Made by a program: the position numbers and the translations under genes
Notes under the pieces: model-generated
Seen by the model: only the letters and a program-made list of their open reading frames with translations
Told to the model about the DNA's origin: nothing
Databases searched by the model: none
In this document: positions 7,548 to 16,581 of the stretch, piece after piece
Layout of the letters: every line of letters begins with the position of its first letter
How positions within the stretch are numbered: the first letter of the stretch is position 1
NCBI GenBank assembly: GCA_050289845.1
Contig: JBNKGN010000001.1
Span: forward strand, 1 to 33,447
Source: Crocinitomicaceae bacterium
GTDB lineage: Bacteria; Bacteroidota; Bacteroidia; Flavobacteriales_D; Crocinitomicaceae
Length of the DNA: 33,447 nucleotides
Direction: 5' to 3'

Positions 7548-9809
7548 CTATTTTTTGATTTTGACTTTGATTGATTTGGAAGCAGGCGTGTGACTCGATC
7601 GGGCATGTAATGCCAAAGGAACCAATGGATTCGCTTCTGGGAAATAGGTGCCAAGACAGCCTTTTGGAATATTGTACGGAACCACAGCGAACCCTTCAAC
7701 CAAGCGTTCCACACCGTCGTAATTGTTGTAAAGCGTCACCAAATCACCTTGGTGCAAGGCCAGTTCTTTTGCATCTTCGGGATTCATGAACACCACCATG
7801 CGTCCATTGTAAACCCCACGATAACGGTCGTCTAAGCCGTAAATTGTAGTGTTAAATTGATCGTGACTACGGGTCGTCATCATTAAATATTCCCCTTCTT
7901 CCAACGTGTTTTCCGCCAGTAAATTGACCGTGAAATTCGCTTTTTTGTTCGGTGTATTGAACTCGCCAAAACGGGCGCCATTCGGCAATTCAAATCCAGA
8001 AGGATGTTCTACACGTTCGTTGTAATTATCAAATCCAGCGATGGTTTTTTCGATCAATTCGCGAATACGACTGTAATCATCAACGAGATATTCCCAGTCC
8101 ACTTTGTCTTGATCTAAGGTTGCTTTTGCAATGTTCGCCACAATCACAGGTTCGCTCATTACAAACTCTGATGGTGGTTGCAATACTCCTTGCGAAGAAT
8201 GAACGATGCCCATGGAATTTTCTACCGTAACAAATTGGGATTTTCCATTTTTCATGTACTTGTCGGTGCGACCCATCGAAGGGAGAATCAATCCCGTTTT
8301 TCCATGTGTTAAGTGCGATCTGTTCAATTTTGTAGAGATCTGTACGGTCAAATCGCAGTTGTGAAATCCCTGCGCTGTATAGTTGGTATCAGGAGCGGCG
8401 GAAAGAAAATTTCCACCCATACCTACGAACACTTTTACTTTGCCTTCGTACATGGCTTTGATTGCGTCTACAACACTATATCCGTCTTCTTGTGGTGGCG
8501 TGAATCCAAAATTTTCGCTGATTTTATCCAAAAGTGCTTTCGAAGGACGTTCGGCAATTCCTACCGTTCGATCCCCTTGCACATTGCTATGACCGCGGAC
8601 GGGGCACGTACCCGCTCCAGGTTTTCCGATGCTCCCTTTCATTAAAAGCAAATTCACAACTTCTTGAATATTGTCGACACCATTTACGTGTTGGGTCAAC
8701 CCCATACCCCAACAACAAATAATTTTGGAGCGGTTGGCTAATAAGTCAACAACAGCGTCAATCTCAGCTTCGGGAATTCCTGTGCGCGCTACCAGACTGG
8801 CAAGGTCATTTTGTAATAAAGCCGCTTTGAACTCCTCAAAACCTGCTGTTTTAGCAGCGATAAATGCTTCATCGAGAATTTCTGGTCGGGTTTCTGCCAA
8901 CTGAAACAACTTGAGCATCATCGCTTTGAGTAGCGCAACATCCTCGTTGATATTGACTTGTAGGAAATGATCCGAAATTACCGTGCCTCCACCTAAAATT
9001 CCTTTGAATGTCTGTGGGTTTTTGAAGCGCACCAATCCCGATTCTTTCAGTGGATTGATGGATACTATTTTCGCACCATTTTCTTTCGCTTTTTCCAAGG
9101 CGGAGAGCATGCGCGGATGATTGGTTGCAGGGTTTTGTCCGAAAATGAGAATCACTTCTGCACGATCCAAATCTTCAAGTGTTGTCGAGCCTTTTCCGAT
9201 GCCTAAAGTTCTGGATAGTCCAACGCCACTGGATTCATGGCACATATTGGAGCAGTCTGGAAGATTGTTCGTACCGTACATTCGAACGAAAAGTTGGTAC
9301 AAAAACGCGGCTTCGTTACTGGTGCGCCCTGAAGTATAAAATGCCGCTTCGTTTGGATGATTGAGCTCTTTCAAATGTTTTCCAATCATCGCATTGGCTT
9401 CGTCCCAGGAAATGGGTTCATAATGCGTTGCTCCAGGCTTGATCACCATCGGGTGTGTGAGACGTCCTTGTTGTCCTAACCAATAATCGCTTTGGTTTCG
9501 AAGTGCTTCAACGGAATACGTTTTGAAAAATGCAGGATCGACACGAGCACTCATGGCTTCCTCAGCAATGGCTTTCACACCATTTTCGCAATATTCTCCG
9601 AGGCGGGAGCGTTTTTGTGGATCGGGCCAGGCACATCCTGGACAGTCAACGCCTTCTTTTTGGTTGAGTTGATTCAACACTTTGAAACTTTTGCCAACGG
9701 GCATTCGCTTGAAAATGTTCTGTAAGGAAATTTTAACGGCCTTCATACCAGCAGCGTGATGTGCAGGTTTGCCAATTCTCAATGGTTTTTTTGGTGTTGT
9801 ATCTTTCAA
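7548..9809 (-). CDS. FdhF/YdeP-family molybdopterin oxidoreductase
   Basis: 753 aa. The N-terminal AAGMKAV...DCPGCAWPDP motif matches E. coli YdeP (AAGGWGAV...DCPGCAWPDP). The length and layout fit a molybdopterin-dinucleotide binding protein. The start codon at 9809 is TTG with no in-frame ATG upstream of the conserved N-terminus, so the start is tentative. There is no in-frame TGA, so no Sec. Confidence 0.88.
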   Translation of the reverse strand: MKDTTPKKPLRIGKPAHHAAGMKAVKISLQNIFKRMPVGKSFKVLNQLNQKEGVDCPGCAWPDPQKRSRLGEYCENGVKAIAEEAMSARVDPAFFKTYSVEALRNQSDYWLGQQGRLTHPMVIKPGATHYEPISWDEANAMIGKHLKELNHPNEAAFYTSGRTSNEAAFLYQLFVRMYGTNNLPDCSNMCHESSGVGLSRTLGIGKGSTTLEDLDRAEVILIFGQNPATNHPRMLSALEKAKENGAKIVSINPLKESGLVRFKNPQTFKGILGGGTVISDHFLQVNINEDVALLKAMMLKLFQLAETRPEILDEAFIAAKTAGFEEFKAALLQNDLASLVARTGIPEAEIDAVVDLLANRSKIICCWGMGLTQHVNGVDNIQEVVNLLLMKGSIGKPGAGTCPVRGHSNVQGDRTVGIAERPSKALLDKISENFGFTPPQEDGYSVVDAIKAMYEGKVKVFVGMGGNFLSAAPDTNYTAQGFHNCDLTVQISTKLNRSHLTHGKTGLILPSMGRTDKYMKNGKSQFVTVENSMGIVHSSQGVLQPPSEFVMSEPVIVANIAKATLDQDKVDWEYLVDDYSRIRELIEKTIAGFDNYNERVEHPSGFELPNGARFGEFNTPNKKANFTVNLLAENTLEEGEYLMMTTRSHDQFNTTIYGLDDRYRGVYNGRMVVFMNPEDAKELALHQGDLVTLYNNYDGVERLVEGFAVVPYNIPKGCLGTYFPEANPLVPLALHARSSHTPASKSIKVKIKK

Positions 9810-9878
9810 AACGTCGCGGATTGATTAGCTAAATTTAGCAGAATTCAGGGAATATCACGTAGAAGAAAGGGATCGGAT

Positions 9879-11174
9879 TTATTCACCAGTTTGTGCTTCG
9901 ATGCCGATTTTGTAGGATTTAAGGGCGCGCTCACGGGCGAATTTATGGTCGACGATTGGTTCTGGATAGCCAAATCCATCTATTTCTGGAACCCATTTAC
10001 GGATGTATTCCATTTTCGGATCGAATTTTTTTAGTTGCTCAGAAGGGTTAAACACGCGAAAATAGGGTGCCGCATCACAGCCTGTTCCTGCAGCCCATTG
10101 CCAATTTCCATTATTTGCAGCGAGATCGTAATCCAGCAATTTTTCGGCAAAATAAGCTTCTCCCCAGCGCCAATCGATGAGCAAATGCTTGCATAAGAAA
10201 CTTGCCGTCACCATCCGAACGCGGTTATGCATGAGTCCCGTTGCATTCAGTTCGCGCATTCCTGCATCCACCATGGGGTAGCCCGTATTTCCATCGCACC
10301 ACGCTTGAAATTCGGTTGTGTTGTTGCGCCATTCAATCAAATCGTACTTACTTCGGAAATTGTTGTTAACGACGTCTGGAAAATGAAAGAGAATTTGCAT
10401 AAAAAACTCGCGCCAGATCAATTCACTGAGAAAAACAGCATTGATTTTAAGTGCTTTTCGGATTATTTCTCGCACACTTACAGTACCAAAACGGAGATGG
10501 GTACTAAGTCCACTTGTACCGTTAATAGCTGGAAAATCGCGCACTTGATCGTAGTTCGTCAAATGATCTAATTGGAAGGGAGGTATACGAATAGCAGAAG
10601 GCGAAAATCCAATGGCATCGAGTCGTGGAAAAGCAAAATTATTGAGATACAAGCGTGAAAAATTCGGAGAAACACTTTCGGGAATCCCTTCTGTGCGTAG
10701 GCGCTCCAACCATTTATTTTTGAATGGTGTATAAACGGTGTAGGGGTTCCCGTCAGGTTTGAGAATATCGTCTTTTTCGAACAATACCTGATCCTTAAAT
10801 GTGAGAAATTCGATGGCGTGATTGGCACACAATGCTGCAACGGAAGCGTCACGCTTCAGGGCATAAGGCTCGTAATCTCGGTTGGTGTAGATGGCATCAA
10901 CATCGTAGGTAGCGATCAATTTTTCCCAAATCTCCAATGGTTGTCCGTGCTCAATTAATAATCCTGAGTTATGTGATTCAAAGATTGCGTGTATTTCAGC
11001 CAATTGCGTGTGGATGAATTGTACGCGTGGATCGGCTTTGGGCAGTTCCTCCAGGATGGTGCGATCAAAAATAAATAATGGGATGACAGGTGTTTCACGG
11101 GAAAGCGCCTGAAACAAACCAACATTGTCTTCTACGCGAAGATCACGACGAAACCAGAAAAAGGAAACTTTCAT
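9879..11174 (-). CDS. phr: Deoxyribodipyrimidine photo-lyase (cryptochrome/photolyase family, class I CPD-type by length and motifs)
   Basis: 431 aa. N-terminal FWFRRDLRVEDN, and an FAD-binding C-terminal domain with TGYPMVDAGMREL, NRVRMVTASFL, WQWAAGTGCDAAPYFRVFNP. Confidence 0.92.
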   Translation of the reverse strand: MKVSFFWFRRDLRVEDNVGLFQALSRETPVIPLFIFDRTILEELPKADPRVQFIHTQLAEIHAIFESHNSGLLIEHGQPLEIWEKLIATYDVDAIYTNRDYEPYALKRDASVAALCANHAIEFLTFKDQVLFEKDDILKPDGNPYTVYTPFKNKWLERLRTEGIPESVSPNFSRLYLNNFAFPRLDAIGFSPSAIRIPPFQLDHLTNYDQVRDFPAINGTSGLSTHLRFGTVSVREIIRKALKINAVFLSELIWREFFMQILFHFPDVVNNNFRSKYDLIEWRNNTTEFQAWCDGNTGYPMVDAGMRELNATGLMHNRVRMVTASFLCKHLLIDWRWGEAYFAEKLLDYDLAANNGNWQWAAGTGCDAAPYFRVFNPSEQLKKFDPKMEYIRKWVPEIDGFGYPEPIVDHKFARERALKSYKIGIEAQTGE

Positions 11175-11175
11175 G

Positions 11176-11637
11176 TTAATTGTAAATCACGATATAGGCG
11201 TTTAAAGAAGTAGCGATACACAACCAGATAAAATAGGGGACTATTAACCAGGTCGCGCCTTTCATTGAATGTCGAAACAGGATGATTTTCAAAAGGAGAA
11301 GTAAGGTAAGCACAACAATGATGAGTAGTGCGGGGAGTGTTTGATGGAAGTAGAAAAAGACAGGATTCCACCCCACATTCAATAGCCATTGAAAGACGTA
11401 AAAGGGCGTCATTTTGATCGAATTTGTTCTGTTCCAGGCTATGCCCATGTATATCGTGTAACAAAGCATGATGAAAGTCCATGCCGCGCCAAACACCCAT
11501 CCTGGAGGCGTCCAGGGTGCCTGATTCGCCGTCGTATACCATTCTGAAGCAACGCCACTTCCCGTAAAGAGACCACCGATAGCGAGCGCGCCAAAATTTA
11601 AAATAAAAAAGACCAGAAAAGGGATCGCACGTTTCAT
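11176..11637 (-). CDS. tspO: TspO/MBR family tryptophan-rich sensory protein
   Basis: 153 aa with five TM helices. It is Trp-rich, with PWTPPGWVFGAAWTFIM and WNPVFF motifs. Its stop is 1 nt from the photolyase ATG. Confidence 0.9.
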   Translation of the reverse strand: MKRAIPFLVFFILNFGALAIGGLFTGSGVASEWYTTANQAPWTPPGWVFGAAWTFIMLCYTIYMGIAWNRTNSIKMTPFYVFQWLLNVGWNPVFFYFHQTLPALLIIVVLTLLLLLKIILFRHSMKGATWLIVPYFIWLCIATSLNAYIVIYN

Positions 11638-12134
11638 TTGAGTTCGTTGTTTCGGAGCATTTCCTCCAGGGTTTGTTTTCGGTACTCAAAAATGGACTGC
11701 AATTTCTTTTTAATAAACATACGGTAAGCTATTGGAGCGAGTATCGCGAATGGCAATTTAAAATGCACATGATCGGTCATTAAAACGCCACCTTCTACTT
11801 CTTCAAATCGGTGCTGGTGGTGCCAAAGTTTGTAAGGACCAAAACGTTGTTCATCGATAAACATTTTTTGGTGCTCTACTGTCGTAATTTCTGTCACCCA
11901 ATTGGATCGAATGAATGGAAAAATGCGAATGCCGTAGGTAATTATTTGCCCTTGATGAATCGGTAAGTTGACAGGTGTTGTGATGCGAAAATCCAAATCA
12001 GATGGCGTCAACTTTTGCAAATTTTGGGGGGTGGAGAAGAAATGCCAAGCGCATTCTAATGTAACAGGAAGTAACTGCTTTGTCTGAAAACTATAAATAC
12101 CAGAATGCTCGTAGAACTCCACCCCTTTAATCAA
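11634..12134 (-). CDS. SRPBCC (START/Bet v1-like) family protein
   Basis: 166 aa. The GPYKLWHHQHRFE motif is typical of the COG4276-type SRPBCC ligand-binding proteins. It overlaps tspO by 4 nt (ATGA). The start codon called at 12134 is TTG. Confidence 0.78.
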   Translation of the reverse strand: MIKGVEFYEHSGIYSFQTKQLLPVTLECAWHFFSTPQNLQKLTPSDLDFRITTPVNLPIHQGQIITYGIRIFPFIRSNWVTEITTVEHQKMFIDEQRFGPYKLWHHQHRFEEVEGGVLMTDHVHFKLPFAILAPIAYRMFIKKKLQSIFEYRKQTLEEMLRNNELK

Positions 12135-12223
12135 AATTGTTTAACAAATATATAAAAAAATTAAACAAAATGGAGGATTCGAAAAAAAATCAATCCTAAA
12201 ATGAAGAAAACGAGTACAAAAGG

Positions 12224-12811
12224 CTATTTCGCCGCGTTCAGAATGCACTCACGCACCCATTCGTTCGGAATCATATCAATGGTTAAATTGATGCGTTCTT
12301 CCTCGGAAGTATTGATCACACTATGAGGATCGGTGAGACGCATGTACCAGCATTCACCAACTTGCATAGGAACATGAGTGCCGTTGAGCAAAAACTGCAT
12401 TTCAGGGTCATTTTGGATGGGAATCGTTAATCGAATGACGGATTTTTCAATTTCCAAACCAAGGGTAGGGTCCGTGTGCGGTGCGATCACGGCTCCTGGT
12501 GCCAAACGTAACAATCGAATCAGCGTCACTTTTGTATGTGCATCGAAATGATCAATGATACTTTTCATGTATGGGGCTTCGCTTAAAATAGGTGCGTCCA
12601 TCCATTCGGTCCAGGAACCATCGGCATAATCATCAGCGGGTGGGGGAAGCGGAAGTGATGGATCGATAAAATGCGCCGGTGCGCGCAATTGAATTACTTT
12701 GTAATATTCGAAGGCACCTTTACAGATATGTGCGGTTTCCTCCATCAATTTTTGAGGATCAAAAGTAAAGGGCAGTTTTACGCGATCAGGCGTTAAAGTG
12801 TTTGTTTCCAT
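12224..12811 (-). CDS. Aspartyl/asparaginyl beta-hydroxylase-like (cupin, Fe(II)/2OG) family protein
   Basis: 195 aa. It has an H-x-D...H facial triad pattern (IAPHTDP ... W..RLTDPHSVINTSEEERINLTID) like the AspH/LpxO Pfam family as I recall it. Confidence 0.68.
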   Translation of the reverse strand: METNTLTPDRVKLPFTFDPQKLMEETAHICKGAFEYYKVIQLRAPAHFIDPSLPLPPPADDYADGSWTEWMDAPILSEAPYMKSIIDHFDAHTKVTLIRLLRLAPGAVIAPHTDPTLGLEIEKSVIRLTIPIQNDPEMQFLLNGTHVPMQVGECWYMRLTDPHSVINTSEEERINLTIDMIPNEWVRECILNAAK

Positions 12812-12987
12812 TGAATAGCATTTTGTGGTTTTGGCAACAGTTTCGTGCCACCATGTGCAAGATACAAAAAGGTGCTTTTGGTCGTTGGATTGTGCAGTTA
12901 ATTTTTTTGAAATTGCCGTAGGAGTTTCATTGCTATTATGTGTACGCTTCTCAAAGTTCAGCTGGGTATACTGAGCGTTTCCGCAAC

Positions 12988-13016
12988 GAAAAAGGCAAGC
13001 TTTTAAAAGCCTGCCT
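12988..13016 (-). terminator. Rho-independent terminator downstream of can
   Basis: The minus strand reads AGGCAGGCTTTT/AAAAGCTTGCCT, a hairpin followed by TTTTT. It begins 25 nt after the can stop. Confidence 0.6.
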
Positions 13017-13040
13017 CAATGAATTATGGATCACATTGTT

Positions 13041-13679
13041 TTACCCATTCGTCAAATTATAAATCTCTTGAATGGATTTCAGTGATTTTTGGAAGTCAAT
13101 ATTAAGATCTATCAATTCGCCAGTAGAAACGTCGAAAACGCAGCCATGCACTTCTGGATAACCTTCGGACAAATATTGTTTTTGCCAAACCGCCATTTTA
13201 ATCACGTTCAAACATTGCTCCTGCACGTTCAATTCGACCAAACGATTGTATTTTTTTTGCTCATCTTTGATGGCGTTCAATTCTTCTTTGTGCAAGCGAT
13301 ATACATCGCGAATGTTTCGGAGCCAGGGATTCAAAATTCCCAAATCAGCACTTTCCATCGCGGCTTTCACACCTCCGCAATAATAGTGACCACAGACCAT
13401 GATTTGTTTCACTTTCAAGTACTTCACAGCGTATTCAATAACAGCAGATGAATTCAAATCGTTATTTGGAATTACGTTTGCCACATTGCGGTGCACAAAC
13501 ATTTGTCCTGGTGAAACACCTGTCATTTCCTCGGCGGTCACACGGCTATCACTACAACCGATATAGAGAATGTCCGGCGTTTGTCCTTTAGAAAGGTCTT
13601 GAAAATAGTTGGCGTCAAGTTTTAGTTTTTCAGTAACCCAAGCTCTGTTGTTGTCAAATATTTCTTCGAATAAATTCAT
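13041..13679 (-). CDS. can: Beta-class carbonic anhydrase (Can-type)
   Basis: 212 aa. It aligns by eye along most of E. coli Can: YIGCSDSRVTAEE..FVHRNVANV...VCGHYYCGGV (Zn ligands C-D-R ... H-x-x-C). Confidence 0.93.
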   Translation of the reverse strand: MNLFEEIFDNNRAWVTEKLKLDANYFQDLSKGQTPDILYIGCSDSRVTAEEMTGVSPGQMFVHRNVANVIPNNDLNSSAVIEYAVKYLKVKQIMVCGHYYCGGVKAAMESADLGILNPWLRNIRDVYRLHKEELNAIKDEQKKYNRLVELNVQEQCLNVIKMAVWQKQYLSEGYPEVHGCVFDVSTGELIDLNIDFQKSLKSIQEIYNLTNG

Positions 13680-13875
13680 GTCGGTGTCTTCTTTTAAAGT
13701 CCTAAATATAGTATCCTATTTGTAGATAACGCCCTTTTTTCTAAAATACGTTAACGCGTCGTGCGGTTTGTTTGGGAGGGTTTGTACTTTTTTTGACCAC
13801 ATCTTCATTATTCAGTTAATTTTGGATTTCATTCAAACGCGAAATAATACATCCGTGAAAACTTTACGAAAATAA

Positions 13876-16572
13876 ATGAAGTTTATTGGTCGTAAAATAG
13901 CAAAATACCTTGTTGTTTCTATATGTATATTCAGCGGTGAAACATGCAGCTACGCGCAGATAGATGCATCGAACCTGAACAAGCAACTGCTAGAACATAA
14001 AATCAAATTGTTGATTGATTCGACGCGGTTGTCGTACCAGCTATCTCCCTTATTTAATGACTCGATACTGTACGTGGCATCGGATCATCACGCTAGGTAC
14101 ATGCTTTCCAAGGGGGAATTGAGCCACACAGAAGACCCTTCGAAAGCGTTTTATCATCCACAAGATCGAGCCAATTTTTATGGTGCACCGAAATCGTATC
14201 TCGTCGGTGAAAATGTAGCGTACGCACCTTACAACTCGAATGTTCGGGTCAAAGGAAAAACCTTTAACACGTATACTTACGACGAAATTGCCCGCTGTCT
14301 GGTGTTTTCCTGGATCAACTCCAAGGGACATTTTAAGAACATTGTTCATCCCGAATATCAAGTCACCGGACTGTCAATTGCGATTGATCCTGAGACCCAA
14401 CGCGTGTACGCCTGCCAAAAATTTGCACAAGTACTTTATCAGTATTCCTTTGAAGAAAATCCTGATTTTTTCCCTTATTCTTCCATGAATCAGGATTCTG
14501 TGAATGCATTAATTGCCAACGTGCCAAAGGATATGTCCTACCCATTTGGATTGCGCTATGATAAAAAAGAGAAGTGTGAAGAATGCAAGCCCGTCTGGGC
14601 GTATTATCCTCCTATTTCTGTGCGCATCGACCGTAATTATTTCGTTCTTAGAGTCGAAGATTCCGAGTTTGTGAAGACATTGATTAAAAATAAACACGAC
14701 GGATTTGCCATTGAATTGGTTCCTTTCGATCCTTTTGCCTGTGGAAATCCACAATATGAGGAGGAACCAAGTAGAAGAAACGGACAAAAAAGAACTTCAG
14801 GGCGCGTGTTGGAACCTGTGTACCGAAATGATCTTATCAAAGGGTTCAAGAAACGCAAACGGGTGAAGAATCTCACTTTTGTGAATTACTTGTTTACGGC
14901 GGATTCCGTGTCGTTTTTCCGACGCTTTGGACAGTACAAACTCGCCAGATTTGAAGCAAAATATTTTGAAGTTAAATTAGGAAAAGTGCCGAAAGACATG
15001 AATTCTTGGTGGAACCACAACCTAATGTACATTCACAACAAACAGATTTGTCACTTCCTCTTTTTAACGAATTATCCTGGGGAATTGGATTTGGAAATGT
15101 TGGATGTACCTTATTTTCCTCCAGTTCCATTGGATGATTACGAATTTGAGTTGGATCATTTCAAAGATACTCTGGAGCTCTTTTATGAAGCAGGGGAAAC
15201 GGTTACAACAAGTAAAGAATTTGAATCGCTCATTCGAAAGTACATCGAAAAGCACGTGACGATTCAACAAATCAGTATTGAAGGCTTTTGTTCCGTGGAA
15301 GGAAATGTCGCGACAAACGAAATGTTGCATCAACAAAGAGCTCAAAACATTCTTACGAGACTTCAATCCATTGTGGTTTCTGATACGATTGCCCAAATAT
15401 ATTCTCAAGTGGCTTGGGATCATTTTTACGCAAATGTCAAGGAAGATTCCAAGTGGAAGTTTTTATATCCTTTGTCGAAAAATGAAATTGTTGCATACCT
15501 CAACGATCCGACGAATGAACGGCCATTAGATATTTTAAGGAACGAACGCAAAGTCAAGGTTGAAATTACAGGAATTCGGGAATTGACATCGAAAAATGCC
15601 AACTATTACATTCAACGCGATTTAAATAAGCTTGTTTATAAGGATTCGCGCGGGAAATTACATTGTTCGAGCATGGATACTTTGCAAAAAATATACGCGA
15701 AGGCCTTTTATTTTTCAACCCTTGATACTATCTCTAAAGCAGATTTTTTAAAAATAAAATTGCCTAAGGTAGTAGAAGAGTTTCCACATAGTTTGGATCA
15801 TGATTTCGCGTTTTATCGGTATCATTATTTGAAAGAAACAGCGACTGATAACGAACGGGAAAACCTAGAATCACAAATCGAATTCGTTTTTACGATGTGC
15901 GGTGCCGCAGCTCATTTGAGTCCGCAATTTCATTATTTATCGGCATGCTTGTTGGTTGATAAAATCAAAGCAAAACCGAAAATTACAGCAGACAATCCTG
16001 ACATTCAAAAAGCATTCAATCGCTTGAACTTGTTGCTCACTTCTTATGATTTGGATAGTAATTTTAAGTTTAATATTGCGAAAGCAAATCTCAATATTGT
16101 CAATATTTTGTGCGAGACTGTTGACCCCGATCAGATTTTTGAATACACCGATATAGTGAATGCCAGTTTGATTCATATCACGGAATTTTATCAAAAATCA
16201 GGAAGTTTAACACCAGAAATAGTGTTGAAGCTGGCAAAGTTGTCGTGTTTTTTCAAAAATGTCGCACTTGCCGTTGAACTTTGCAGTCATTTCCTTGACG
16301 ATGATGAGGTGTTGAAATTGTATCTTCCTTTGGCGTATTGCCACACGTCGTATTTGAGCGGTGATGAAATGTTACAGTTTGAGCGGGACTACCACGCGTT
16401 ACTCCTTGAAGCAAAACAGCGATTGTCGGCAGAAGAATGGTGTGATCTGTTTTATGGAAATTATGGCATTCCCTTTCAAATTATGGACAACAAATCACTT
16501 CACGAGGAGTTCTGCACTACATGTCCCAACCGTTTAAATAAGGTTTTGGAGGAATTTTCTGAAGGGGAATAG
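13876..16572 (+). CDS. Large secreted CAP/SCP-domain protein (898 aa) with a degenerate OmpA-like segment and a helical C-terminal region
   Basis: It has a signal peptide (…ICIFSGETCSYAQ). CAP/PR-1-like motifs lie in the first ~190 aa (…WINSKGHFKNIVHPEYQVTGLSIA…). Mid-protein, IEGFCSVEGNVATNEMLHQQRAQNILTRL resembles the OmpA_C-like core. The rest is unassigned. Confidence 0.78.
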   Translation: MKFIGRKIAKYLVVSICIFSGETCSYAQIDASNLNKQLLEHKIKLLIDSTRLSYQLSPLFNDSILYVASDHHARYMLSKGELSHTEDPSKAFYHPQDRANFYGAPKSYLVGENVAYAPYNSNVRVKGKTFNTYTYDEIARCLVFSWINSKGHFKNIVHPEYQVTGLSIAIDPETQRVYACQKFAQVLYQYSFEENPDFFPYSSMNQDSVNALIANVPKDMSYPFGLRYDKKEKCEECKPVWAYYPPISVRIDRNYFVLRVEDSEFVKTLIKNKHDGFAIELVPFDPFACGNPQYEEEPSRRNGQKRTSGRVLEPVYRNDLIKGFKKRKRVKNLTFVNYLFTADSVSFFRRFGQYKLARFEAKYFEVKLGKVPKDMNSWWNHNLMYIHNKQICHFLFLTNYPGELDLEMLDVPYFPPVPLDDYEFELDHFKDTLELFYEAGETVTTSKEFESLIRKYIEKHVTIQQISIEGFCSVEGNVATNEMLHQQRAQNILTRLQSIVVSDTIAQIYSQVAWDHFYANVKEDSKWKFLYPLSKNEIVAYLNDPTNERPLDILRNERKVKVEITGIRELTSKNANYYIQRDLNKLVYKDSRGKLHCSSMDTLQKIYAKAFYFSTLDTISKADFLKIKLPKVVEEFPHSLDHDFAFYRYHYLKETATDNERENLESQIEFVFTMCGAAAHLSPQFHYLSACLLVDKIKAKPKITADNPDIQKAFNRLNLLLTSYDLDSNFKFNIAKANLNIVNILCETVDPDQIFEYTDIVNASLIHITEFYQKSGSLTPEIVLKLAKLSCFFKNVALAVELCSHFLDDDEVLKLYLPLAYCHTSYLSGDEMLQFERDYHALLLEAKQRLSAEEWCDLFYGNYGIPFQIMDNKSLHEEFCTTCPNRLNKVLEEFSEGE

Positions 16573-16581
16573 TGGTGATAT

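Noticed and set aside
7544-7714. N-terminal extension of the 7136..7714 ORF (192 aa) that overlaps the 3' end of the ydeP-like gene.
   Set aside because: The extension has no membrane or signal character and overlaps a well-supported gene by 167 nt. The internal ATG at 7543 starts right at the first TM helix, 4 nt after the upstream stop.
7548-9809. Possible selenocysteine recoding in the formate-dehydrogenase-like molybdoenzyme.
   Set aside because: The reading frame is uninterrupted, with no in-frame TGA, and YdeP-type proteins use Cys. There is nothing to recode.
11171-11689. 172-aa minus-strand ORF overlapping tspO.
   Set aside because: It is an alternative frame of the TspO gene. The TspO frame carries clear family motifs and this one has none.
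12173-12194. GGATT-N12-AATCC hairpin between the AspH-like gene and the SRPBCC gene, considered as a terminator.
   Set aside because: The stem is only 5 bp with a 12-nt A-rich loop and no proper trailing T-run on the transcribed strand. That is too weak to call.
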